DNA of 64,000 bases from Nemertoderma westbladi (lineage: Eukaryota; Animalia; Xenacoelomorpha): contig JAUCBJ010007809.1 of the NCBI GenBank assembly GCA_032718475.1, forward strand, positions 1 to 64,000, in the 5' to 3' direction. Below, piece after piece: positions 1-12,800 of the stretch (the stretch's first letter is position 1; every line of letters starts with the position of its first letter). The translations under genes were made by a program, and so were the position numbers. A model generated the notes under the pieces. The model did not search any database and was not told where the DNA came from. It was given only the letters and a program-made list of their open reading frames with translations.

Positions 1-275
1 GCCAGACGGTCAACCAGACATGTTACTAGACAGCCAACCAGACATTTTGCCAGACATATCACAAAATGTTCCATCAGACGCTAGTAACACACTGACAAAC
101 AGTAAAGCCGCAGTTTCCCTATTGGAGCGGCCTTCTATTGACAAACAACCAGATACGTTACCAGACGTATCGCCAGACACATTACTAGACAGTCGACTAG
201 ACATTAGTAATGTATCGACTAACAATAAAGCCGCAGTTTCCCTATTGGAGCGGCCTTGTATTGACAAACTACCAA
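1..275 (+). repeat. In-frame repeats in the Pol linker (123-bp duplication plus CCAGAC sub-repeats)
   Basis: AAAGCCGCAGTTTCCCTATTGGAGCGGCCT at 104 and 227 (AAVSLLERP twice); repeated PDxLPD. Confidence 0.8.
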
Positions 276-2173
276 TTTTGACACACTTGAGCAACCATAA
301 GCATGGTGAAACCTCATGTATTGCAGATGTGGGTAGTACCTACGCTAATGTAAATACAGGTGTTACTTTGCGCTCAAGAGACATACCGAACTTACAACCT
401 GTGGTGAGACCTGGGATTAATGTCGGCAGAAAATTAAGTTTTCCAAAACCTGCTGACCCCATAGAGTTCAAACCACCATTAACGATCGACTTACAAAGTA
501 CCGACAATCAAGGTAAGAAGACAAAGAAGGACAAATTACTTGTAGACCCGGACGGATCAACAGTCAACAAGGGAATACTTACCGGCGGACCCGTGGGCCC
601 TTCTAGTAATTCAAAACCTTCCAAAATTTCCATTGACTTACCTGATGACGTCACAAATACTTATGTCGACCGTATTGTAAACCTAACAGATTCTTGGTCA
701 AACGCTTGCCGAAAACTAGCGTGGATTGTACGTTTTGTACAATACGTTAAAGGCAAACGTGACTTTACACGTCGACTTACATTGGCTGAGATTGACAGGT
801 GTGAGATTAAATTAATTCGCCATTACCAACTGCGATATTTCGCGCGCGAATTCACATCTATAAATCAAGGTCAACCAATCAAGTCGTCACCAATACTGAG
901 TTGGAGTCCGATTATTTATAATGGCTTAATTTGTCATAAATCTCGGCTTCAAAACATTGACTTTAACACAAACTTTAGGTACCCAATAATAATACCGCAA
1001 CACCACGAACTACAACGTGCAATGATACTGGACGCACATTTACATCTGAAACACGCTGGAAGACACCACTGTCTTTCCTACTTACGTACTAGATTTGTAT
1101 TAATTAGACCCAGTAAAGCATTAAGTTCAGTGACACGTACGTGTATTATTTGTAAAAAGGTACATTCTAGAATAGGTACCCAAGAAATGAGTGAACTACC
1201 ACAAGCACGACTTCAAGCATTCAAACCACCTTTTACAGAGACTGGAATTGATTGCTTTGGTCCCATACATACGAAACGTGGACGTATACTAGTAAAACGC
1301 TGGGGACTGATTTTCACATGTATGTCCAGTAGGGCAGTTCACATCGAACGTGTGATGGATCTTTCCACCAACGCGTTTATACTAGCACTGCGGCGATTTA
1401 TCGCTAGACGCGGACTAGTAAAATGCTTGTACTCAGACCAAGGGACAAACTTTGTTGGTGCTCGGAATGAGATTGCTAGAGCCTTTAAGAAATTAGATCA
1501 TGATCAAATCTCGAACGAACTGCAACCTCACAAGATTGTTTGGAAGTTTAATCCTCCAGATAGTCCTTGGAGAGGCGGAGTCTGGGAGAGACTGATTAGA
1601 TCTATAAAGACAGCCATGGCAAAGGTCATTCCAGTAAACCACATATTAACAGACGACCAACTGACAACATTGTTTGTTGAAATCGAGGCAATACTAAATA
1701 CTAGACCAATAGTATTAGTACCCGATGACAAACAATCTCAGTTTGCTTTGACACCGGCACACCTGCTAATGCAGGCACCGACGACTTTGACACCGATTTC
1801 TATTCCAATAGAAAGCGACAGCTACGGTAGAAAAGCGTGGAAAATCACGCAACTACTAGCTAACAAATTCTGGGAAATATGGCAAAACCATTATTTGCCC
1901 TCTATTTCTGCCAGAACAACTTGGTACAATAACACCCGCGCATTAAAGCCGGGAGATCACGTGCTGTTGGCAGAAGTGAATCTAAAAAGACGCTTCTGGA
2001 TAACAGGTGTCATTTTAGCCACACATCCATCTATGGATGGAGTGACAAGAACTGTGACGGTACGAACAATTGACGGTCGTACAGTTGACAGACCGACTCA
2101 ACGTCTCGTACTTCTTGAAGAGACTCGTAACGAGTCTGGAGACTACAAATCTCCAACTAATACTAGTAAATAA
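20..2173 (+). CDS. pol: Bel/Pao Pol C-terminus: low-complexity linker, integrase (HHCC zinc finger + DDE core), C-terminal Pao domain; 5'-partial
   Basis: AHLHLKHAG..CIICKK, TGIDCFGP, RAVHIE, YSDQGTNF, GGVWERLI, LNTRP, FWEIWQNHYL..LKPGDHVLL..DGVTRTV are Bel/Pao integrase motifs. Confidence 0.93.
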   Translation: MLLDSQPDILPDISQNVPSDASNTLTNSKAAVSLLERPSIDKQPDTLPDVSPDTLLDSRLDISNVSTNNKAAVSLLERPCIDKLPILTHLSNHKHGETSCIADVGSTYANVNTGVTLRSRDIPNLQPVVRPGINVGRKLSFPKPADPIEFKPPLTIDLQSTDNQGKKTKKDKLLVDPDGSTVNKGILTGGPVGPSSNSKPSKISIDLPDDVTNTYVDRIVNLTDSWSNACRKLAWIVRFVQYVKGKRDFTRRLTLAEIDRCEIKLIRHYQLRYFAREFTSINQGQPIKSSPILSWSPIIYNGLICHKSRLQNIDFNTNFRYPIIIPQHHELQRAMILDAHLHLKHAGRHHCLSYLRTRFVLIRPSKALSSVTRTCIICKKVHSRIGTQEMSELPQARLQAFKPPFTETGIDCFGPIHTKRGRILVKRWGLIFTCMSSRAVHIERVMDLSTNAFILALRRFIARRGLVKCLYSDQGTNFVGARNEIARAFKKLDHDQISNELQPHKIVWKFNPPDSPWRGGVWERLIRSIKTAMAKVIPVNHILTDDQLTTLFVEIEAILNTRPIVLVPDDKQSQFALTPAHLLMQAPTTLTPISIPIESDSYGRKAWKITQLLANKFWEIWQNHYLPSISARTTWYNNTRALKPGDHVLLAEVNLKRRFWITGVILATHPSMDGVTRTVTVRTIDGRTVDRPTQRLVLLEETRNESGDYKSPTNTSK

Positions 2174-2728
2174 TTAGGAGTTTACAAATAGATTTCCACG
2201 TACCTGTACACTGTAGTAAAGACAGCGGTAGAATTCCATTGTCTTTATATGTGAACATTGAGGGTAGTACCCTTATGTGTCACATAGGAGCGGGATTTGT
2301 AGGTATAAGAAATGGAATTCTACTTGGAACTCACAATATTGAGACATTTTCGAAATTTTAGACAATCCATTTGGATTTGAAAAATTTTTAAAATTTTCTC
2401 CAGTGAATAGATTTCAGGGTACAGTCGGGTGGAACTTAAAATTAGAGAAACAAGAGAGGAAGACTTGCGAGCCTTTCTTAAAAATTTTAATTAAATTTTA
2501 CACGGTCTTGTTTCAATAAGTTACGTCAATAAATAGACTCCCCTATATTTATTACTAATTCTTGACTGCTTATTTTCTGATAATAGTTTGGGATCAAAAA
2601 GTGAGTATTTTAGACTCACGGCCAGTTTAGCCCAAATTCGTTTTTATTTCGGCAAAAAATTTTAGATAAGAAGCAGCGTGTCATTAAAGAAACCCTAGAT
2701 CTTAGGCTATGGGTAGGAGGTTAGAGCG

Positions 2729-4538
2729 TTGTCGAAGCCCAAAAGGCAGACGAAACTCTCACGTCTCCTCACAACTAACCACAAACTCTGTTGTATTCCC
2801 TCTAGTAGTAATGATTATGTAACTACACCTCTAATTATGGAGAAAGGGATACAAAGAGAGCCGAGATGGGGATATGATATCCAAGAGGAGGCGGCAGCTT
2901 CATTCGAACGATTTGGAGCAAAAGACTACACTATATTTGGTATAAAGGAATTATCAGAAAGTACAGCGAAGCTCGCAAAGACAGCAATGCCTTTACTCGA
3001 GCAGGATTTAGCATATTTCGAGACGTGTATCTTCGCTGTGCGGGATCTCTTATCGAAAGACCATCTATGTTTACATTGTTACCCTATGAAGGAGAACGTA
3101 TCGTGGAGATTACGGATGAATCACGGCAGACGCGTGCGCCTATCAGTCACCTTGGTGATGAATTCGAAGTAACTACTACGATCGCCGACGATCCTTTAGA
3201 GGAACTTCTTGAGATAGAAAGGAACCTCCCGAAGAAATCTCAGACGGAGATTCGACAACTTGAAGCAACAGATGCTATAGTTTGTATACAACCTTCAGAA
3301 ACCTACCAACCCATAGACCCAGATGATTACGATTATAGTATGGGAGGAAGCGCTCGACCGATTGGAGATCTTATATACGAACGAGTGTGGTACCCTGCCA
3401 ATACGATGTGTAGTAAATGTGGCGTCGCTGGACATCATATGACAAAGTGCAGTGGAAAGCACATTACTACGATTCAGCTAATCTGTGGATGGTGTGGGGA
3501 TCAAGGGTCTCATACCTTTTATACTTGCTGGAGATTTATGGCTCAATGTACTTACTGCAATATAAAAGGACATCGAGCATCTGAATGCCAACTAAGAGAC
3601 ATACCTTATGAACACGAATCTGTAAAACTCGTGAGGAAGTTATTTGATGAGTGGGAAGATTTAGCCGACGAACATGTATCAGCACAAAGAAGACGGTTTC
3701 CGATGAGAGCGCATCTCGGATTTTGGGCGGTAAATCCCCAGACGATGATGTCGGAAGGATATATCTCCGCTATGCCCCAATATGACGAACTTATCGAGGT
3801 TGTCGATATTTTGCCCCACGACAGCGGATTCCGAGTGGTGCGCGAGTATCTGTTACAAATTCACCCGGATAACAAAACACGTGGAATTTTCAGAAAGTCG
3901 TTAATCGGATTACGTATGGTGAATTCGATCGTTTCCGAACTGAAAAGCGGAACAAGGGAGCTTGGTTGACCGTCGCATGGGCGTACCGAGCCGCGTTTTA
4001 CCACAAACGTATACGAGCGAGCGTATTCGAGGAAGAAGAGGTCCTAGAGGCGACGAATATATCAGCCACTCCGGTTGCGCCGTCTGCACGTCACCCTCGG
4101 GAGGACGGACAGGGTAGGATCATACGGGTCCAGAAAGTGGGCCAACAATTGAAGAAAATTATTAATGTAGAAGAACGCAAGGGAGTTGAGCCGACTATTC
4201 GAGTTACTCGGGATACGGTATCACTTCCAAGAGAACCAGTAGGAGGATCGGGACATACACCAGCTGATCAACAGGGGGCGCAAGCTACTCTTGGGTCTGC
4301 GTCGTCCACTTCTCGCGCGTTCCCAGACGTTCTACCAACTGTAGTGACGACTGATCGGTCACGAGGAATCGGTCGAGGTTTTGGGATGCCAAATAGACGA
4401 ATTTGCGAGGAAATAGTCGCACCGTCTCTCAACGTCCCAAGTAAACCAGTGACTCGCCCCATTAGTCCCATATCGCGAGCAAAGTCACCTGTGCGCAGTT
4501 TTCGAGGACGCGGCAGGGCTCGATCCACTAAGCGATAA
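2729..4538 (+). pseudogene. Accessory 3' ORF of family A (split over three ORFs): degenerate DEDDy-exonuclease-like C-half + 3 CCHC knuckles + FDEW..QRR..GF module + basic tail
   Basis: GYDIQEEAAA..FGIKELSE..PLLEQDLAYFETCIFAVRDL; CSKCGVAGHHMTKC, CGWCGDQGSHTFYTC, CTYCNIKGHRASEC; LFDEWEDL..QRRR..LGFW. Knuckles are clear; the exonuclease call is by eye. Confidence 0.65.
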
Positions 4539-4558
4539 AAGGGAGGGCAAGGGTGGAC

Positions 4559-5200
4559 GGAAGACTCGTGAGCCTTTCTTATGATTTGTGATTTATTTTG
4601 AATTATATGTTTTATATTTAGAAAGTTTTGTATTCTGGACGAAAGACTCATATTTAGTAAAACTTATATTTAGTAAAACTTATATTTTATATTTGTGCTT
4701 ATTCCGAACTTATGCAATTTGTATTGTTCCGAATTTATGAAATTTAGAGTGTTTATATTTAGAAGGAACTTATATTTGAAAGATTTATGTTTCATATTTG
4801 AAGATGCAAAGGAGTTTATATTATTCTAAACTTATGCAGTTTATATCTATATTTAGTAAGACTTATATTTGTAAGAATTTATATTTTATATTTGTGATTA
4901 TTCCGAACTTATGCAATTTATATTATTCCGAACTTATGCAATTTATATTGTTCCGAATATTATGCGATTTATATTTTATAAGCAGTATTTGTATTTACAG
5001 TGAAATAGAAAGTTTTATAGATAGAAAATTTTGTGCTCAGAAAGACTCATATTTGTAATTATTCCAAACTTATGCAATCTACATTTAGGTACGAAAGTAT
5101 TTGTAATTACTTGAATTTATGCAATATTTGAGATGCAATAGTAGATGGAAGACTCGCGAGCCTTTCTTATTGTTTTCATTTATTTGTATTTGTAATTGTT
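4559..5200 (+). repeat. AT-rich degenerate tandem repeats in the family A 3' region
   Basis: Recurring TTATTCCGAACTTATGCAATTT and AAGACT(C/T)ATATTT units. Confidence 0.7.
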
Positions 5201-5461
5201 TAAATTTATGCAATATTGAGATGCAATAGATTTATATTGGTGAATTTAATTTAGATTTATATTGTACTTACTTAGTAAAGCCTTAAATACGTAAAGTTTG
5301 AATTTGTAAGTATTTTGTATCGAATCATTACGTAGAAAGGAAGTATTGTTTGAAATTTAATTGTAAATATGTAAGTACGCCCTAAGTATTCTATAGTTTG
5401 ATTGATTATTGGTGAAAACCGTATATTTTATGCACGATAATATCCTGTTTTCATGGAGCGG

Positions 5462-7382
5462 TATAGAATTATATTCCCTAAATGCCGTGGATTTTCAAAA
5501 TTTTATTTTGTTCGGATTGGCTTTGTGGGGATTGCTTTGAGTTCTCATTCGTATTGGTTCTATCATTTGTGCATCTGTCGGTCAGGTGGTTCGGTGGCTC
5601 AGTTGGTGGAGCGTTGGAAATTGTATGTGTAGTGGGTATCGAGTTCGAGTCCTGGTGGGTGCGGGTTGTTTTTTGTGCGGGGTTTCAGCTCGTTTGGGTT
5701 GGCCGCTGCGGGTTGGTTGCATTTATCTGTGCCGGTGGGGCTGTGGTTGTTTGATTGTAGCCAATGTCGTGCAAGTTATGTGTTGGCTGGACCGGTGGCT
5801 GTCTTTGGGGCCTTGTTGGAGCCTATGGAACAATCGAGAATTTTCTCGATTGATTGCGGCGCGGGTTTGGTATGTGGGGGTGCGATTTGTTCGTTAGTTA
5901 TTCACTCTACTTCACAGATTATCTTATCAATATTCTGTCGTGCTTAGTTTATTCTCAGATTACATTGTATTATAATTGTATCTTCTGTAATAAAGTCAGA
6001 AATACTAGTCACATCTCAGCCCTTTTCTACCTGTTTTACCATGGATTCACTACGGTGAACAAACTCAGGGACAGGATGGCCGGCTAGAGATCGGGCCGCA
6101 GCAATGAACGGGAACATCACGGGAATGTAGACGAGAGACAACCCGCAATACCATCTAGAGTTATTCGCCCATCGCCTGAAAGGTTAGACAGCGTTCGATC
6201 CTTGCTACCTAAGTATAAGACCAAAAGATCAAAAGGTAGACGTAGTGACACGCTGTAAGCCTAAAATTACATCATAGGGACTGTACTGTCTTGATTCAGG
6301 AAAACCCACAGTAGACCTTCACATTCCTACGGGGGGAGGGAGAGAGAGCAGATACTAGTACGCAGATAGGACGTAGGCACACCGGTACAAGGCATACACA
6401 TTGGTTAGGGTGCAGCAAACTATACGCTTAACTCTTGCTAAGTACAGGTGCGTGTGCGACTATTTGCAGTACGACAGTGTCCATTACATCAGAACTTGTA
6501 GGCTAGGGGGGTTGCTGTGTTTTCACCTGAATTGGGATTGTACCGTTCAGGCGGTAGGGCAGTTTACACTAGGCGCAAATAAATTGAGGCTATCAGGGAT
6601 ATACTAACATCTACCGTGTCCCCGCCAACGCCCTAATAGGAAGTTACCCGGACTACCTGGGTGACTAAAATTCTAGATAGGAGCCAGGATAGCTATTAGT
6701 ACCCGTACGCCTACAGTAGTAAACTAACACATCTCTTCTTAGTATCAGGGACCTGGTACCTAAAATTGCCGAATTCTGGGCGTAGTATTAACCTTATGCC
6801 TGAATTTGAGTCCTGGAAATACGCAAGAGGGGAAGGAACCTTATCATTCGTGAGTATTGGACCTACAAGTTACAAAATTAGAATATTCGTAAATGCACAC
6901 CGTACCCAGTAATTATATATGTGAAGGAGCAAAACTGTTTTGACCGTTCAGAATTAACACACGCGCGTTAGAAATTATTTACACCTCGAAATATATAAAA
7001 TTAACTTTGTCCGTACTGTGCTTTGCCCGCTAGTTAGACATCTCCAAATATCTGCCTCTGTACCTAGCTAGCGTCCCTTTGCCCAACCATATAAATCACA
7101 CCGCGGCAAAGTATACGAGCCTCTTAGTCCGTCAGTGAGTCAGCCTGATTTTAGGATTCGCTGCGCGGGATTTTGTTTTATCGAAGTTTGTCTGCTCGTA
7201 GACTGTTTTCTGCCTCACCGGTTATAAGAGATCGATACTGCAATATATTCGCTTACTTAGAGTTTACTGTTTTGGTGAGAAGGTCGGATTTATGATTTGA
7301 TTTACAAACTTTACAGTAGGATATTGCAGGTATTGTTACCGTCTTTTCGCATAGTAGGAATAGGCATATCTCTTCCAATACA
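5462..7382 (+). repeat. Putative long 3' LTR of family A
   Basis: Follows purine-rich ATGGAGCGG and ends in CA at the satellite. Shares AACCATATAAATCACACCGCGGCAA and TAGGATTC(G/A)CTGCGCGGG with the solo LTR at 24842-27436. Start uncertain (no TG). Confidence 0.5.
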
Positions 7383-9778
7383 TTTTGATAAATTATTGCT
7401 GAAAAACCCCAAGGATTTTGACATGGCTTTAATACTCATTATATCCATGAAATAGCTGAGAAATTTGAGGTGAATTATTGTATCACATATTAACTTTGGC
7501 TCCAGCCGCTTTGGCAATACGATGAAACTATAATAATTATTCTAGAACACAACAATATTAACAGGGAGATAGGCTACTTATCTCTTCACTCTGAGAGCCT
7601 CAAAAAGGGAGTGTTCCGACGCAATCAAAATTCATCCATCTCCAGGGGAAAGACGAAGCAAAGAACAGCTGATTACTTCTATTAATGTAAGGGTTACCTG
7701 CTCTTTTGACTTTCATTTAAGATTGTCTATCTCTTGGAGTGGGTTAGAAGTCATGAATATGAAAATCGATGTCGTTTTTTGTAAAAAATCAGAGGAGATT
7801 TTAATAAATTATTGCTGAAAAACACCTAGGATTTTGACAAGGATTTAATACTATTATATTCATGAACTAGCAGAGATATTTGATGTTAATTATTGCATTA
7901 CATATTAACTTCGGCTCCAGCCGCTTTGGCAATACGATGAAACTATAATAAATATTCTAGAACACAACAATATTAACAGGGAGATAGGCTACTTATCTCT
8001 TCAATCTGAGAGCCTCAAAAAGGGGGTGTTCTGACGCAATAAAATAACATCCATATCCATCGGAAAGACGAAGCAAAGAACAGCTGATTACTTCTATAAA
8101 TGTAAGTGTTACCTGCTCTTTTGACTTTCATTTTAGATTGTCTATCTCTTGGAGTGGGTTAGAAGTCATGAATATGAAAATCGATGTCGTTTTTTGTGAA
8201 AAATCAGAGGAGATTTTAATAAATTATTGCTGAAAAACACCAAGGATTTTGACAAGGATTTAATACTCATTATATTCATGAACTAGCTGAGATATTTGAG
8301 GTGAATTATTGCATTACATATTAACTTTGGCTCCAGCCGCTTTGGCAATACGATGAAACTATAATAAATATTCTAGAACACAACAATATTAACAGGGAGA
8401 TAGGCTACTTATCTCTTCACTCTGAGAGCCTCAAAAAGGGGGTGTTCCGACGCAATCAAAATTCATCCATCTCCAGGGGAAAGACGAAGCAAAGAACAGC
8501 TGATTACTTCGATAAATGAAAGTTTTACCTGTTCTTATGACTTTCGTTTAAGATTCTCTATCTCGTGGATTGGGTTAGAAGTTATAAATATGAAAATCGA
8601 TGTGGTTTTTGAAAAAAATCTGAGGATATTTTGATAAATTATTACTGAAAAACCCCAAGGATTTTGACATGGCTTTAATACTCATTATATCCATGAAATA
8701 GCTGAGAAATTTGAGGTGAATTATTGCATCACATATTAACTTCGGCACCAGCCGCTTTGGCAATACGATGAAACTATAATAATTATTCTAGAACACAACA
8801 ATATTAACAGGGAGATAGGCTACTTATCTCTTCACTCTGAGAGCCTCAAAAAGGGGGTGTTCAGACGCAATCAAATTTCATCCATCTCCTGTGGAAAGAC
8901 GAAGCAAATAACAGCTGATTACTTCTATAAATGAAAGTGTTACCTGTTCTTATGACTTTCGTTTAAGATTCTCTATCTCGTGGATTGGGTTAGAAGTTAT
9001 AAATATGAAAATCGATGTGGTTTTTGAAAAAAATCAGAGGACATTTTGATAAATTATTGCTGAAAAACCCCAAGGATTTTGACATGGCTTTAATACTCAT
9101 TATATCCATGAAATAGCTGAGAAATTTGAGGTGAATTATTGTATCACATATTAACTTCGGCTCCAGCCGCTTTGGCAATACGATGAAACTATAATAATTA
9201 TTCTAGAACACAACAATATTAACAGGGAGATAGGCTACTTATCTCTTCACTCTGAGAGCCTCAAAAAGGGGGTGTTCCGACGCAATCAAAATTCATCCAT
9301 CTCCAGGGGAAAGACGAAGCAAAGAACAGCTGATTACTTCTATAAATGTAAGTGTTACCTGTTCTTTTGACTTTCGTTTAAGATTCTCTATCTCATGGAG
9401 TGGGTTAGAAGTCATGAATATGAAAATCGATGTCGTTTTTTGTAAAAAATCAGAGGATATTTTGATAAACTATTGCTGAAAAACTCCAAGGATTTTGACA
9501 TGGCTTTAATACTCATTATATTCATGAAATAGCTGAGAAATTTGAGGTGAATTATTGTATCACATATTAACTTCGGCTCCAGCCGCTTTGGCAATACGAT
9601 GAAACTATAATAAATATTCTAGAACACAACAATATTAACAGGGAGATAGGCTACTTATCTCTTCACTCTTAGAGCCTCAAAAAGGGGGTGTTCCGACGCA
9701 ATCAAAATTCATCCATCTCCAGAGGAAAGGCGAAGCAAAGAATAGCTGATTACTTCTATAAATGTAAGTGTTACCAGT
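7383..9778 (+). repeat. Satellite array, ~415-bp monomer, ~5.7 copies (orientation A)
   Basis: GGCAATACGATGAAACTATAATAA recurs at about 7514, 7929, 8344, 8760, 9175 and 9592. Confidence 0.97.
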
Positions 9779-9899
9779 TCCTTCTCCTTTCTCTTACTCT
9801 CTTTCTATTATTTTTATTATTTTTATTTTTTTTATATTTGTGTGGGAAGGGCGTCTCGCCCTCAATCCCACCCCCCTCAGTCCAACATTTGGATGACTA

Positions 9900-12800
9900 A
9901 ACACTAAGGTGCGCCCTCTAGTAGGCAACAACATCTATCAGCCCTTCTATGGATCTAACTCTTCCATCTTCGCCCCCTTTCAGTCCAACTTATTGGACCA
10001 GTCAGCGACCTAAGGGTGATTCTTCCAGCAGGCAACTCTCCCACTGCCCCCCTGTAGGTCTTCTAATTCTTCGCCCCACTCTCCTTGTCAATTCCAACTC
10101 TCTTGGAATTGACCTTCCCTTCTTTCCTGTCCTTAAATCTGGGAAGTGCTGCCTATTCTCTGTATTACTGATCTCCTCGTGGTCGTCCCCTGGCGGCAAA
10201 GTGCCACCTTTCAACTTGTCATTTGGCGGTATAATGCCACCCCTGATGTCATCCTGGCTCTTACATTCTACCTCTGCTGGCCTCCCCCTTAATATGTGCG
10301 CTGGCATTAAAGGCCTCGGTGACCCCCGTTTGTCCTTCGGTATACATGATGTCTGCCCATGTAATGCCCCCCCGCACTCCGCCTGTCCCGCGTGCGTGTG
10401 TAACTGTCTACTTTCCTGGCTCCTTTGTTACGTTTACTCATGGGCTTCTCTGCCCATGGTCTAATCCTCTCACATCCTCTCCCTTTCCATCTTGTCTTCT
10501 TACTCGACCTCCCTCTTTTCGATATCTCTCTCAATCGGACTGGCGTCTCCTTCAGATACTCTACCGGACACTCCCCCGGACTGTCCCCCGGACACTTCGC
10601 CGTCCACTCCTCCCCACCCTTACACCGATACTTGCCAGGAACATCCTTGTTCCATCCCATCGCCTCTAGGTCTTCTGCATCCAAGCCATTCTCCTCCGCC
10701 CACTCTCTTGGTGTTGCTGTCTCCTATCGCCCGTCTCTGGTTTCTCCTCTACCTCCTCAACAGTCCCTGGCACCATGCACCCTGAAGTCTCAGACACACT
10801 GAAGGGTATATTGGTTTTGATTGGGCCGGTTAGCGTCCACCCGAATGGTGTGATAATTGCCACCGGGTCACGCTGTCTGTCTTCGTCAAAGACCATCTAC
10901 ATTCTCTCATGGGCCATCGGGCAGTCCATTCCTACTATGATGGATACCTTCCTGATGTCCACCTCTGGTAATGAGAAATCGATACTGTCCAGGAATCTAC
11001 ATTGTTTGACCTCGATGTTGGTTGGTCGCCTGGCGTTGATATTTATCGATTCTATCACCTGGATGGGGTCGATGGTTGCCCCATAATCACATCCCGGTGC
11101 TATCGCTGCTATCCCGCACCGTCCGTCCTCATCTCCAGGACCTCATCTTTGCTGGAGATGGACGCCATTCTACTTGGCCTCGTTTTTTGTCCTATCTCAG
11201 CCACCCAATTCTCGACCAATGTGAGGGCTGCTCCACTGTTGACCAGCATCAGCGTGGTTACTGATCGACCGCCTTCTCCAATCACCCTCACTGGTACTAC
11301 CCCGAGTAGTACCGTTCCTCTCTTCTTTGCGCCTACTTGCCAATATCTGCAGTTCATGGTCTGATGAAGTGAGTTCGTGTGTAATTGGCATTTGTTGTTT
11401 GGGTTATAGTCATCCTTATATAGCGCGCTGCGTATTGCACTTGCTTTTGTACCTAGATCCCTACTATTCTTATTGTTTGGTTTCGGCCTACTGGTTGTGT
11501 TGGGGTTATGTTTGTTTGTGTTGTTATTTTGCCCCTGTCCGGGTGTGGCCCTACCCCCGACTACATGCGGACTAGCAGTCCCCTGCGTCGCCGCGTATGG
11601 CAGCGATTTTCTAAGCTTTGGCAATGCGTTTGCTGTGTTGTGTTCTGGTTTCGGCCTGTTATATTCGGTCTTTGGCCCCTTCCCCAGACTATCCTCGCTA
11701 TAGACTGGGTCTGTGATCAATTCGGCTTCGTAGTTGAGGGAGCTCGACATTTCTTCTAGGCCCGGTTCCACACCCTTCTTCTCTCGGGTGGAGAAAGCGA
11801 GTTTTCTCCACTTGTTGCGCAGCCATATTGGCAGTGCCTGCGCTATCGTGGTGATGTTATTAGATGCATTGAGTTCGTATGGCGCGTCTAGCGTTTTCAA
11901 TACAATTAGCGCCTTCTCGACTTTGTTTGCAAATGTCTTTATGCTAATGGGGTTATCCTGTAGGCCACCCAATGTTATACCCCTCAGGGTCTGCCGGATG
12001 AACTTGGCCGGGTGCCCATATTCCCTGTCCAGGGCCCGCCATGCTGTCATGAAGCCACCCTTGATGCCCTGATATTGCCTCACGATGTCATATGCTGGGC
12101 CTCCTGTATACACCTGTAGATATTTTAGGCACTACGCCTGCATCAGGTTCTTGGTCAATATTTCGTTGCTGTACATGCGCCGAAATTGCAGGTATTCTTC
12201 CAGCCTGCTCCCATCGAATTTAAATGGCTCTATGGGTGGTAGCTCGATTCTGGTATTTAGTGCATCGATTAATGTAGCCATTCCCATTGCATGTGCTTCC
12301 AATGGGTTCGAGGGATGCTGTACAGATTCTCCCGTTAGGTGCGGTCTGTTGCTTTCCGTTGCGTCGGATATACCATTGGGGGTAACGGCCCCCTCCATAT
12401 CTCCATGTCGCAAGATCTGTTTTCGTCCAGGGGGTTTGATGTTCTTATTCCATGTTGTTGATATTGTGATGGGGGAATGTCACCCTGCCCCCCCACAGTG
12501 GGGGGGGGGGGGGGGGGCCCCACTGATGGTATGTTTGGTACTGGGGTCGATGTTAATATATTGGGGCCCATACACCTATTCGCAATAACTCACCCTTCCC
12601 CTGGATATATGTTATGTCCCTGCATGTTATAGTCATACTGTTGTGCTGGTACCGGTATAGGCCTATTCACTTCTGGCCTACCTACCGGTATGTACTCCGC
12701 GACTTCCGGGTTTAATCCCGTTGTCCGCGCTGCCCTATTGCCTACTCTTGCCTACTATTATCTCTCCCAGCATGGCCTATAATATGTGCAGTAAGGCCTA

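Larger units (their letters stand above)
1..7382 (+). mobile_element. Bel/Pao LTR retrotransposon, family A, 3' part (pol end, accessory ORFs, putative long 3' LTR); 5' part lies outside the window
   Basis: Pao-type integrase ORF, then sense-strand accessory ORFs, an AT-rich 3' region, and a putative LTR ending ...CAATACA at 7382 directly against the satellite. The extent beyond ~5460 is inferred. Confidence 0.75.

Noticed and set aside
6036-6260. LTR end + PBS (..TACCA TGGATTCACTACGG) starting another element
   Set aside because: No matching second LTR, no sustained gag ORF and no tRNA match I can verify; left unresolved within the putative long LTR.
7311-9594. Repeated 60-68 aa ORFs (MPKRLEPK...)
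   Set aside because: Chance ORFs in the satellite monomer with non-ATG starts; disrupted in other monomers.
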